DNA of 11,843 bases from Verrucomicrobiota bacterium (GCA_040005265.1 JBDTZF010000082.1:1-11843), one strand, 5' to 3'; shown: positions 1 through 7,334, counted from the first letter of the stretch. The notes: a model not told the origin generated them from the letters alone. Numbers and translations: made by a program.

Positions 1-11
1 TTTCTCGCGAG

Positions 12-158
12 CTACAGGCGGCCGAGCAAATACAAAATCAAGATGATGATGAGGATCGTTCCGAGGACTCCGTGAGAACGGTAGCCGAATCCGTAACCGC
101 CTGTCGGGAAAGCTCCGACTAACAAGAGAATGATAACGATAAGAAGAATTAATCCCAT
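12..158 (-). CDS. 48-aa hydrophobic two-helix mini membrane protein (MGLILLIVIILLLVGAFPTGGYGFGYRSHGVLGTILIIILILYLLGRL). It resembles the DUF3309-type small proteins, recalled from memory. It is not in the supplied ORF track because it is shorter than 60 aa.
   Basis: Hand translation of the minus strand: ATG at 158..156, TAG at 14..12, 48 sense codons. Two Leu/Ile/Val-rich runs of ~14 and ~13 residues flank a Gly/Tyr-rich loop (PTGGYGFGYRSHG) and the protein ends in GRL, a pattern that is very non-random for 147 nt. No clear Shine-Dalgarno sequence. The opposite-strand reading (+ frame 3, 3..122) gives an acidic low-complexity peptide and is less convincing. Confidence 0.45.
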   Translation of the reverse strand: MGLILLIVIILLLVGAFPTGGYGFGYRSHGVLGTILIIILILYLLGRL

Positions 159-330
159 GCGCCGGTTTTACTTTTGCCAGCGGATTATAGCAAGCATTTA
201 TCGCTCGAAAAATCCGCGAAAACAAAGCTTGCTTCAGCACGCGCATTCAAAACACAATCGGCAAGACGCAATTTTACGACCGAGCTTCGCAGTACATCAG
301 AAACAAGAAACACAGTTGGAGAATCGTATT

Positions 331-1179
331 ATGAAAAAGACCCTAGCAATCACCATCGGTTGCCTTTTCCTGGCAACCTCCTTCGCCTTTGCCAAACCCA
401 AAGGCTTGACCTTCACATCCTATGACGTCCCGGGTGCCGTGCTTACCGCCGGCCAGGGCAACAATGAGAGAGGCGACATCGTGGGCTTCTATAGCCTAAC
501 GGGAGCAACTAGTAACGGTTTTATGCTCAGCAGCGGGACCTTCACGTTCTTTGACGTCCCCGGGGCGACGAACACAGCACCACGCGGAATCAACGCACGC
601 GGCGACATTGTTGGAGAGTGGGATGACACGGTGGATTCCCACGGTTTCCTTCTCAGCGGAGGCTCTTATACTACCTTGGATTTCCCGCTTGCGACGGACA
701 CCGTTGCCAAAGCGATCAATGCGAGAGGCGACATCGTAGGTTTCTACTTTGATACCCTCGGCAACGAGCACGGTTTCCTCCGCTCAGGGGGGACCTATAC
801 CACCGTCGATTTTCCGGGTGCCTCCGATACGGAGCTATACGGAATTAGCGACTCGGGCGAGATAGTCGGAACGTACTTTGACGCCTTCGGGACTCCTCAC
901 GGTTTTCTGCGGAGCAAGAAGGGAAGCTTCACCACCATCGCGCCCCCGGGTGCGATATCGAGCCAGGCCCGTGGCATCAACTCAAGCGGCGACATTGTCG
1001 GGACCTTTTCTGATGGGGTCGTCAGACACGCGTTTCTACTGAGCAAAGGTGCTTATACCACCTTTGACGTGCCCGCCGCCGACCCGACTTTGCCGCGAGG
1101 CATCAACGCGCGGGGTGATATCAGTGGGAATTACACCGATGGCGCCGGCAACGTGCATGGTTTCGTAGCCACGAAGTAA
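331..1179 (+). CDS. Secreted HAF-type repeat protein, 282 aa: signal peptide plus six tandem ~43-aa repeats, with no PEP-CTERM tail.
   Basis: The ORF track gives 130..1179. The first Met followed by a signal peptide is at 331 (MKKTLAITIGCLFLATSFAFA^KPK), with a GGAG at 317..320 about 10 nt upstream. The in-frame extension 130..330 is non-protein-like and overlaps the antisense of the mini-protein gene. The repeat consensus G-x-[FY]T-T-[FL]D[VF]PGA...GIN[AS]RGDIVG.[YF].D..G..HGFL.S is present six times, and one copy reads HAF literally (VVRHAFLLS). HAF-family extracellular repeat (TIGR03803) is recalled from memory and not searched. Confidence 0.8.
   Translation: MKKTLAITIGCLFLATSFAFAKPKGLTFTSYDVPGAVLTAGQGNNERGDIVGFYSLTGATSNGFMLSSGTFTFFDVPGATNTAPRGINARGDIVGEWDDTVDSHGFLLSGGSYTTLDFPLATDTVAKAINARGDIVGFYFDTLGNEHGFLRSGGTYTTVDFPGASDTELYGISDSGEIVGTYFDAFGTPHGFLRSKKGSFTTIAPPGAISSQARGINSSGDIVGTFSDGVVRHAFLLSKGAYTTFDVPAADPTLPRGINARGDISGNYTDGAGNVHGFVATK
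400..1176 (+). repeat. Six tandem protein-level repeats (~129 nt each) inside the HAF-type CDS.
   Basis: The repeats are conserved at the amino-acid level but differ at synonymous positions. The same PRGINARGDI segment is encoded as cca cgc gga atc aac gca cgc ggc gac att in one copy and ccg cga ggc atc aac gcg cgg ggt gat atc in another, and Arg is coded by aga, cgc or cgg in different copies. This indicates old repeats under purifying selection, not recent slippage. Confidence 0.75.
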
Positions 1180-1200
1180 GTCGTCGCAGGTTTCCAAATG

Positions 1201-1235
1201 GTGTTGGGCCATCAAGCTGGCCCAACACCTTTCTA
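1201..1235. terminator. Bidirectional intrinsic-terminator-like hairpin between the convergent HAF (+) and BNR (-) genes.
   Basis: Perfect 11-bp stem ggtgttgggcc (1201..1211) / ggcccaacacc (1220..1230) with an 8-nt loop atcaagct. It is followed on the + strand by tttct and preceded by ccaaat, which reads atttgg on the - strand. A smaller cccc/gggg hairpin lies at about 1250..1264. Confidence 0.55.
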
Positions 1236-1310
1236 AGAATCTCTGCCGCCCCTCAACACGGGGAAAGTCAGAAGGAATACTTCAAGAGTTAAGAAATTAG
1301 GAAATGGCGA

Positions 1311-4300
1311 TCATCGCAGCGGCGAGAGGCCGGCGGATTCCAATTCTTTGTTCAGTACCGGCAGATCTTCCGCGATGATCTTTTGCCAGCGTTCGGTGAG
1401 CGACGTTGCCCTGGCCCGGACTTCGCTAACAGCGGCTTTGACTCGCGATGTGACCGGCGCGTCGACGCCTTGGATATCGTCGAACAAGCTTTTCACCGAA
1501 TCGACCGCATCCAAACTCGGCGTCGCGGTGGGCCGCGCATTTGGCGGGCCTAACTCCTTTAGCTTGCCAATAAACGCGTCGCTTTTGTCTTGAACATTCT
1601 TCGGCGACGACTCCTTCAGTTTCATCACCTGTTCGACTAACGAATCAAAGGTCTTGCCGATCGGCTCGAGTGTCGCTCGCAGTTCAGAAAGTTGTCGCGA
1701 AAGGTCCAATTGTTCCTGCAGCTCGGCCGCCGACATCTTGACGCGCGGATCCATCCTGACGGTCAACGTTTGCGTATAGGTCTTGCCGCCCGCTGTCAGC
1801 ACGACGCTATAATCGCCCGGCGTGACCCAGGGCGATGTTGGTGATGCCGGCGTATTACGAAAAACCGCGGACATCGGGTATTCCGGTTCGACACCGGAGA
1901 TCGGACTGTAATGCAGGTCCCAGAGAAAACGGTGCATGCCGCGCTGGCTGGAAAGCACGCTTTGCTCGCGGATCCAGTACCGCGGAATTCTAAGCTTCTT
2001 TACATCGGGTTGGACCGGCGTGTCGTTGCTCGAATAACGTCTGACTAAATTTCCTTTGTTGTCTTTGATCTCGAGCGCGACCGGCGCCGCTGAATCTTCC
2101 GCCAAAAAGTAATCGATCATGGCACCGTCCGGCGGATTCTCGCCACAAGGCTCGTCCGGTGGGATAGGCGTATCGGTATTGAGACTCCAACGAACACGAA
2201 GAGCGGTTTGCGGCTTAAAGAGGACAGGGTTCTGTCCCTTTTCTTTTTGCCCGAGTTGTCGCAGTGGAGTGATGTTATCCAGGATCCAAAAGCCGCGTCC
2301 GTGCGTGGCAACGGCGAGATCGTCGTCCTTAATAATAAGATCCCGGATCGACGTAGCCGGCATGTTAAGCCGAAGCGATTGCCATGTGTCGCCGTCGTCA
2401 TACGAAACGTATACGGCGCGCTCGGTTCCGGCAAAGAGCAGGCCGCGTCGTAACGGATCTTCACGGATCACATTGGTGGTTTGGCCGTCGGGAATCCCCT
2501 GCACAATTTCCTTCCATGTTTTGCCGGCATCGTGCGTCCGATAAATGTGAGGACGCATATCATCGAGCCGGAGTGTGTTGACCGCGGCGTACGCGGTGCT
2601 GTTCTCGAAATGACCGGCATCGATCAACGAAATCTTCTGCCAGGCGGAAATCGCAGGCGGCGTGACATCGCGCCAGTTCTTTCCGGCATCGGTGCTCAGG
2701 TGAATCAAACCGTCATCTGTCCCGCACCAGATGCGATTCGCATCGAGCGGTGACGGCGCCACGGTGTAAATCACGCCGCGTGGTTTTACTTCCGCGGTCG
2801 GGTCGCTCTTATATTTTCCGATACTGGCCGGCAGCTCGTACGTCTTTCGGGTCAGGTCCGGGCTGATCTGTTTCCAATTCCGGCCGCCGTCGCGCGTTTG
2901 CCAAAGAGTATTGCCGGCAAAGAAAAGAAGGTGCGGATCGGCCGGCGAAAAGACGACTGGCTCCGTGCGCAGCATTCGAAACTCCGGCGAACGCAACGGA
3001 ACCGGCAAGATTCCTTGCGCCTGCCCGGTTCGACGATCGTAACGGGTCAGCTTGCCGCCGTAGATGATATCGGGGTCGAGCGGATCAGCGACCACGTATC
3101 CGTATTCCTCCGCCGCCACAGGGCGCCAATCGCGAAACGTGATCTCGCCGTCCATGCCGCGGCTGGCGATTCCAACCGAGCCGCTCTCCTGTTGGCCACT
3201 ATATAAATGATACGGAAAAGCGTTGTCGGCGCTGACGTGATAAAGCTGCGCAGTCGGCTGGTTATACCATGAGCTCCAGGTCTTGCCGCCATTGACGGTA
3301 ACAATCGCGCCCTGATCGCTCCCCAGAAGAATGACGTCGGTGTTTTCCGGGTTGATCCAAACATTCTGGTAATCGTCGCCCCCGGGAGCGCCGCGCCAGC
3401 CTTCCCATGTTTTGCCGCCATCAACCGATTTCCAACAAACGACGGTGGGCGCATATACAATCTCGGGATTCTTCGGGTCGAACCTCACCAGCGGCAGCTC
3501 GCCGCCGCCAATGCCCGCGGACGGTCGCAGATCGTCGGTTACGACAACCCACGATTCGCCGGCGTCGTCCGAGCGATAAAGTTTCGATGAAATCGATGTT
3601 TTTACCAAGGCCAGCAATATCTTGGGCGAGCTCGGTGCGATCCCAAGGTTTGCTTGAACAATTTTTTCCGGGAGACCTTTGCTCAATTGATTCCAGGTCT
3701 TGCCGCCATCGATTGATTTGAAGATGCCGCCGTTGACGCCGTTAAACGTGCCGTTTTCCCACGGACCTTCCCGCGATTCCCAGAGTGTCGCGTAAACAAC
3801 GTCGGAATTAGCCGGATCAATCTGAACGTCCCCTGCCCCGGTATTCTCGTCGCGATAAAGGACTTTCTCGAACGTCTTGCCGCCATCGACCGAACGGAAA
3901 ACACCACGCTCTTCGTTAGGTCCGTAGGGATGGCCGCCGACGGCGACGAACAGCCGGTCCGGATTGCGGGGGTCAACCGCCAGCTGCGAAATTTGCTGCC
4001 CATCGCGCAGTCCCAGATGGATCCACGTTTTGCCGGCATCGATCGATTTGTAAATGCCGTCGCCGATCGAGAGATCTGGCCGGTGCAAACCTTCGCCGCT
4101 GCCGACGTAAACGATGTCGGGGTTGGAAACGGAGACAGCAATGGCACCGACCGAACCGGTGGGCTGATCATCGAAGATCGCATTCCAGGTCCGGCCGTAA
4201 TCGGTCGTCTTGAAGACGCCGCCGTTGACCTGCGCCATATAAAATACATTCGGCTGTGACGGGACGCCGGCGATCGCACGGGTCCGGCCGCCGCGGAAAG

Positions 4301-4403
4301 GCCCGACGTTGCGCCACCGCAACGCGGAATCGAAATTTACTTCAGCAGAAGCTAGCGAGAGCGAAGCGCACGCGAATAAGAAGATTAAGAAACGACGATA
4401 CAT
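1311..4403 (-). CDS. Secreted 1030-aa BNR/Asp-box repeat beta-propeller protein (sortilin/Vps10-, xyloglucanase- or Ycf48-like double propeller) with a C-terminal beta-sandwich-like region and an alpha-helical tail.
   Basis: N-terminal signal peptide MYRRFLIFLFACASLSLASA^EV. At least 11 S/T-x-D-x-G-x-T-W/F Asp-box motifs are present: TTDYGRTW, SIDAGKTW, SVDGGKTF, SIDGGKTW, SDDAGESW, SVDGGKTW, VNGGKTW, TRDGGRNW, STDAGKNW, THDAGKTW and SYDDGDTW. The last ~300 aa contain no Asp-boxes. Residues ~900-1030 are helical and heptad-like (AAELQEQLDLSRQLSELRATLE...). Confidence 0.9.
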   Translation of the reverse strand: MYRRFLIFLFACASLSLASAEVNFDSALRWRNVGPFRGGRTRAIAGVPSQPNVFYMAQVNGGVFKTTDYGRTWNAIFDDQPTGSVGAIAVSVSNPDIVYVGSGEGLHRPDLSIGDGIYKSIDAGKTWIHLGLRDGQQISQLAVDPRNPDRLFVAVGGHPYGPNEERGVFRSVDGGKTFEKVLYRDENTGAGDVQIDPANSDVVYATLWESREGPWENGTFNGVNGGIFKSIDGGKTWNQLSKGLPEKIVQANLGIAPSSPKILLALVKTSISSKLYRSDDAGESWVVVTDDLRPSAGIGGGELPLVRFDPKNPEIVYAPTVVCWKSVDGGKTWEGWRGAPGGDDYQNVWINPENTDVILLGSDQGAIVTVNGGKTWSSWYNQPTAQLYHVSADNAFPYHLYSGQQESGSVGIASRGMDGEITFRDWRPVAAEEYGYVVADPLDPDIIYGGKLTRYDRRTGQAQGILPVPLRSPEFRMLRTEPVVFSPADPHLLFFAGNTLWQTRDGGRNWKQISPDLTRKTYELPASIGKYKSDPTAEVKPRGVIYTVAPSPLDANRIWCGTDDGLIHLSTDAGKNWRDVTPPAISAWQKISLIDAGHFENSTAYAAVNTLRLDDMRPHIYRTHDAGKTWKEIVQGIPDGQTTNVIREDPLRRGLLFAGTERAVYVSYDDGDTWQSLRLNMPATSIRDLIIKDDDLAVATHGRGFWILDNITPLRQLGQKEKGQNPVLFKPQTALRVRWSLNTDTPIPPDEPCGENPPDGAMIDYFLAEDSAAPVALEIKDNKGNLVRRYSSNDTPVQPDVKKLRIPRYWIREQSVLSSQRGMHRFLWDLHYSPISGVEPEYPMSAVFRNTPASPTSPWVTPGDYSVVLTAGGKTYTQTLTVRMDPRVKMSAAELQEQLDLSRQLSELRATLEPIGKTFDSLVEQVMKLKESSPKNVQDKSDAFIGKLKELGPPNARPTATPSLDAVDSVKSLFDDIQGVDAPVTSRVKAAVSEVRARATSLTERWQKIIAEDLPVLNKELESAGLSPLR

Positions 4404-4420
4404 TTAAGGGAAGTTGATGT

Positions 4421-4475
4421 TTGATCCGCCTTTGCACAAGGCTCCGGCGCGACCGATGGGGAGTTGATCCGCCTT
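4421..4475. promoter_or_regulatory. Exact 12-bp direct repeat TTGATCCGCCTT at 4421..4432 and 4464..4475, lying 18-72 bp upstream of the BNR gene start on the minus strand.
   Basis: Read directly from the sequence. The first copy is preceded by a partial third copy (aagTTGATgtTTGATCCGCC). The two copies are 43 bp apart centre to centre, roughly four helical turns. This is a candidate activator or repressor binding site, or a promoter element, for the BNR gene. Confidence 0.3.
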
Positions 4476-4624
4476 GGTCAATTCTGGCGCGAAAGTCAAT
4501 TCATCGACCGCTTTCGGCAAGACTTCAGCCAGGCAGGCCGGCAAAGCGAAATTCGCGAAGCAATGACCCGCCTTCGCTCCGCAGCTTCGGCGTGCTAGCG
4601 AGAAACAAGAACCTCTGCAATCTC

Positions 4625-4641
4625 GACCGGTTGAACCGGTC
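4625..4641. promoter_or_regulatory. 17-bp perfect palindrome GACCGGTT-g-AACCGGTC in the BNR/flotillin divergent intergenic region.
   Basis: The left arm gaccggtt (4625..4632) is the exact reverse complement of the right arm aaccggtc (4634..4641). It is followed by caccttttac, so it could also act as a weak hairpin plus T-tract. It is a candidate dimeric transcription-factor operator. Confidence 0.3.
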
Positions 4642-5063
4642 ACCTTTTACCCCTTGGCACTAGCCCTCCTGCAAGTGGTCGCAGGTTTTCTATCGTTAAT
4701 CGCGCCTACAACGTGGACGCCGCGCAGCAGCGTGGCTACAGATCAGATGAAGTTCCTTTTCAATCCCGCTAACTATCTCCAAAAATTCGGGACAAAATGA
4801 GCGTGCCAACATGGCCAGCCTGCGCACGAGGCTACGGGTAGGCAGGCAAAATCAATCTGTATGCCATCGCGTAAAAGCTTCGGCGCGCGATTGGCTTACA
4901 ACACGTCTCCTAACAGTGCATCAGAGAGTGTCGATTTGACGCTGATAACGCATTCAATTGCCGTACCCGTTTGGAAGAAATACTGCGAAAAATTGGTTGA
5001 ACGTCACCGCAGTCGCGGGACTCCGCGTTGTCTAACGAGCGACAGTTAAAAAAAGGATTACAT

Positions 5064-7259
5064 ATGATTAACATTGCTCTCTCACTCTTAGCAGCCCCGT
5101 GGGTTCCCTGGGTCGGAGGTCTTGCAATTATAGTGTTTCTATTCTGCCTCCCGCGTTTGCTCGGAATTGTTTACATTCCCCACACACAGGTTGGCATCAT
5201 CGAAAAAATCTGGAGCAGCAAAGGTTCGCTGCGCGAAGGCCAGATCATTGCCCGCAGTGGTGAGGCCGGTTATCAGGCCAAATTCTTACGTGGCGGTATT
5301 CACTTCGGTTTATATCCGTGGCAATACCGCATTCATAAAGAAGCACTCGTCGTCGTAGGCGAAGGAAAAATGGCCTACGTCTATGCCCGGGATGGTGTTC
5401 CGCTGGAGCCGATCCAAACCCTCGGCCGGAATGTGGATTCCAATCACTTCCAGGACGCGCTCCGCTTCCTTGAAGCGCATGGCCAAAGGGGACGGCAGCG
5501 AGGAATTCTGCGCGAAGGCGTTTACGCCATTAACCTGGCGCTGTTCGTTGTGATCACTGAGGACCGCGTTTTCTCCGGGCCGGTGCGCGAGTCAGCTGAC
5601 CGTTACGAATCGTGGAAAGCACAACTCGCTTCCGTGCGCGCGTTTGCTCCGATACTCATCGGAGCCGGCGTCGGGGGTCAGAGTCATTTCCGGGCGAACA
5701 TCGCTGACACGAGCGCGAGCGAGGCCGGTTCGCCGCCTTCACTGGCTGAGAAAATGCCCGAGTTCAATCCGAACGTCGACACCATCGGCGTGGTGAGTAT
5801 TCAGGACGGACCGACCATTGGTTCGGGTGAAATTATCGCGCCCGAAGTGAAGGCGATCGCTGGAAAGGATCACAATTATTTCCAGGATCCGGAAGCCTTC
5901 CTGGAACTCGGAGGAAAACGCGGCAAACAGCTGCAAGTGCTGACCGACGGCACGTTCTTCATTAATCGCTGGTTTGGCACGGTTGAAATCAAGGCAAAAA
6001 CTCTGATTCCGATCGGCTATGTCGGCGTGATTGTTTCCTATCACGGCGCCGCCGGAGACGACACGACCGGCGAATCGTTCCGTTACGGGGAACAAGTTGA
6101 GGCCGGGCATCGAGGTGTATGGCGCTCGGCGCTCGCTCCGGGTAAATACGCGCTGAATCCGTATGCGGTGAAAGTTGAACTCGTTCCGACGATCAACTTC
6201 GTCCTGCGCTGGATCAGCGGGCAAACGGAAGCGCACCATTATGACGAGGACCTGACCAGCATCGACCTGATTACGGCCGACGGTTATGAACCGCGTCTGC
6301 CGCTGTCGTTAGTGTTGCATATCGACTACCAGAAGGCGCCATCGGTAGTGCAGCGGTTCGGAGATGTGAAGCGGCTGATAACGCAGACGCTCGATCCGAT
6401 CCTGACCGCTTATTTCCGCGACGTCGCGCAGTCATCACATATGCTCGACTTGCTGACGAAGCGCGAAGAAATTCAGAAACGCGCTACGGAAGAACTGGGC
6501 GCGCGCTTCACGCGTTACGACATCAACGTGGTCGCGGTCCTGATTGGCCGGCCGGAATCGCGGGAGATTGCCGCCGGACAAGCCGACCCGATTGAAACGT
6601 TGTTCGACCAGCTGCGCATGCGGCGATTGGCCGACGAACAGCGCGCCACCTACGCGAAGCAAGAGGAGGCCGCCAAGCAACAGGTCGCGCTCAACCAGGC
6701 GAAGGCGAAGGCTGAACGCCAGACCGAGTTGACGCAGAGCGCGATTGCCGTCGAAATTGCAGCCAATCGTGGTCAGGCTCAGTTCGCGGAGGCGGAACAA
6801 CTGGCCAAAAAACAGGTCACGCTCGCCGAAGGCGAGGCGCGATCAAAGGAGCTAATCGGTAAAGGCGAATCTTCGCGGATTGCGCAAGTCGGCTTGGCCG
6901 AGGCGGCCGTCACACTGCAAAAGGTCGGCGCTTATCGTGATCCGCGTCTCTACGCGTTGAATGTGTTCGCGGATCAATTCTCCAGAAGCGTTCAGCCGCT
7001 CGTGCCGAGCCGGCTGTTCATCAGCAGCGCCGGCGGCAAACCGGGCGAGAGCCAAAGTGGCGGAAGCGTGCTCGAGACGCTGCTCAGCCTGATCCTGAGT
7101 GAGAAGGCCGGGATCAATCTCCAGGAAAATGCCGCCAGTTCGAAGCCGCTGGAGGATTTCATCCGGCAATTCACTAGCAGCGGTTCACCGGGTAACGACG
7201 ACCCGTTGAAGAAGGAAGCGCCTGCGGCCCCTGAAAAAGCAACGGCAAGATCTCGCTAA
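5064..7259 (+). CDS. Flotillin-like SPFH/band-7 family membrane protein (YqiK/FloT-like), 731 aa from the ATG at 5064.
   Basis: The ORF track start at 5028 is a TTG. The ATG at 5064 has AAGGA at 5053..5057 with a 6-nt spacer. N-terminal TM segment (INIALSLLAAPWVPWVGGLAIIVFLFCLPRLLGIV). SPFH core around 5990..6560 (…LITADGYEPRLPLSLVLHIDYQKAP…DINVVAVLIGRPE), followed by the flotillin-typical Ala/Glu/Gln-rich coiled coil (ADEQRATYAKQEEAAKQQVALNQAKAKAERQTELTQSAIAVEIAANRGQAQFAEAEQLAKKQVTLAEGEARSKE) and a Ser/Gly/Pro-rich C-terminal tail. Confidence 0.88.
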   Translation: MINIALSLLAAPWVPWVGGLAIIVFLFCLPRLLGIVYIPHTQVGIIEKIWSSKGSLREGQIIARSGEAGYQAKFLRGGIHFGLYPWQYRIHKEALVVVGEGKMAYVYARDGVPLEPIQTLGRNVDSNHFQDALRFLEAHGQRGRQRGILREGVYAINLALFVVITEDRVFSGPVRESADRYESWKAQLASVRAFAPILIGAGVGGQSHFRANIADTSASEAGSPPSLAEKMPEFNPNVDTIGVVSIQDGPTIGSGEIIAPEVKAIAGKDHNYFQDPEAFLELGGKRGKQLQVLTDGTFFINRWFGTVEIKAKTLIPIGYVGVIVSYHGAAGDDTTGESFRYGEQVEAGHRGVWRSALAPGKYALNPYAVKVELVPTINFVLRWISGQTEAHHYDEDLTSIDLITADGYEPRLPLSLVLHIDYQKAPSVVQRFGDVKRLITQTLDPILTAYFRDVAQSSHMLDLLTKREEIQKRATEELGARFTRYDINVVAVLIGRPESREIAAGQADPIETLFDQLRMRRLADEQRATYAKQEEAAKQQVALNQAKAKAERQTELTQSAIAVEIAANRGQAQFAEAEQLAKKQVTLAEGEARSKELIGKGESSRIAQVGLAEAAVTLQKVGAYRDPRLYALNVFADQFSRSVQPLVPSRLFISSAGGKPGESQSGGSVLETLLSLILSEKAGINLQENAASSKPLEDFIRQFTSSGSPGNDDPLKKEAPAAPEKATARSR

Positions 7260-7273
7260 ACAGGTAAAGTCGT

Positions 7274-7299
7274 CTCGCACCAGCTCGCGCTGGTGCGAG
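7274..7299. terminator. Hairpin between the convergent flotillin (+) and acyltransferase (-) genes; likely a bidirectional terminator.
   Basis: Perfect 11-bp stem ctcgcaccagc (7274..7284) / gctggtgcgag (7289..7299) with a 4-nt loop tcgc, 15 nt after the flotillin stop. There is no strong T-tract on the + strand. The - strand reads acgacTTTaccTgTTTa after the hairpin. Confidence 0.45.
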
Positions 7300-7334
7300 C
7301 GGCTTCCCTTCGGCACAGCGCCGCAAGTCGAGCG

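Noticed and set aside
3-122. Plus-strand frame-3 open reading (…SRELQAAEQIQNQDDDEDRSEDSVRTVAESVTACRESSD*) that could be the 3' end of an upstream gene
   Set aside because: It is the antisense of the hydrophobic mini-protein ORF. Its acidic low-complexity translation is the mirror of the Leu/Ile codon runs, so the membrane-protein reading is preferred. It remains unresolved without the upstream sequence.
130-330. 5' extension of the 349-aa ORF (MITIRRINPMRRFYFCQR…) upstream of the HAF-repeat protein
   Set aside because: The extension is Arg/Ser/Gln-rich with no domain character. A canonical signal peptide begins at the internal Met (nt 331) with a GGAG upstream, and the first ~30 nt of the extension are the antisense of the more convincing 48-aa membrane-protein gene.
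1348-4279. Numerous 60-200-aa ORFs on the opposite strand or other frames inside the BNR gene (for example 1348..1593, 2119..2544, 2898..3206, 3047..3460, 3683..4279 and 3930..4259)
   Set aside because: These are typical shadow ORFs of a GC-rich gene. Their translations are Arg/Ser/Pro/Ala-rich with no motifs, and they lie entirely within a well-supported 1030-aa CDS with coherent Asp-box periodicity.
4404-4643. 79-codon Cys-rich minus-strand ORF (GTG start) whose stop abuts the BNR ATG (TAAATG)
   Set aside because: It has a GTG start with no SD. Its N-terminal codons are simply the 17-bp palindrome, and the 12-bp direct repeats lie inside it. It is more likely a non-coding regulatory leader. 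It is retained as a low-probability uORF in the finding for the intergenic region.
4861-5049. 62-aa plus-strand ORF just upstream of the flotillin gene
   Set aside because: Arg/Ser-rich with no hydrophobic core or motif. It overlaps the flotillin RBS and promoter region and is likely spurious.
5028-5063. TTG start at 5028 for the flotillin gene (ORF-track start)
   Set aside because: The ATG at 5064 has a well-spaced AAGGA Shine-Dalgarno, and the protein then begins directly with the TM segment, as in YqiK-like flotillins. The TTG extension adds 12 residues with no support.
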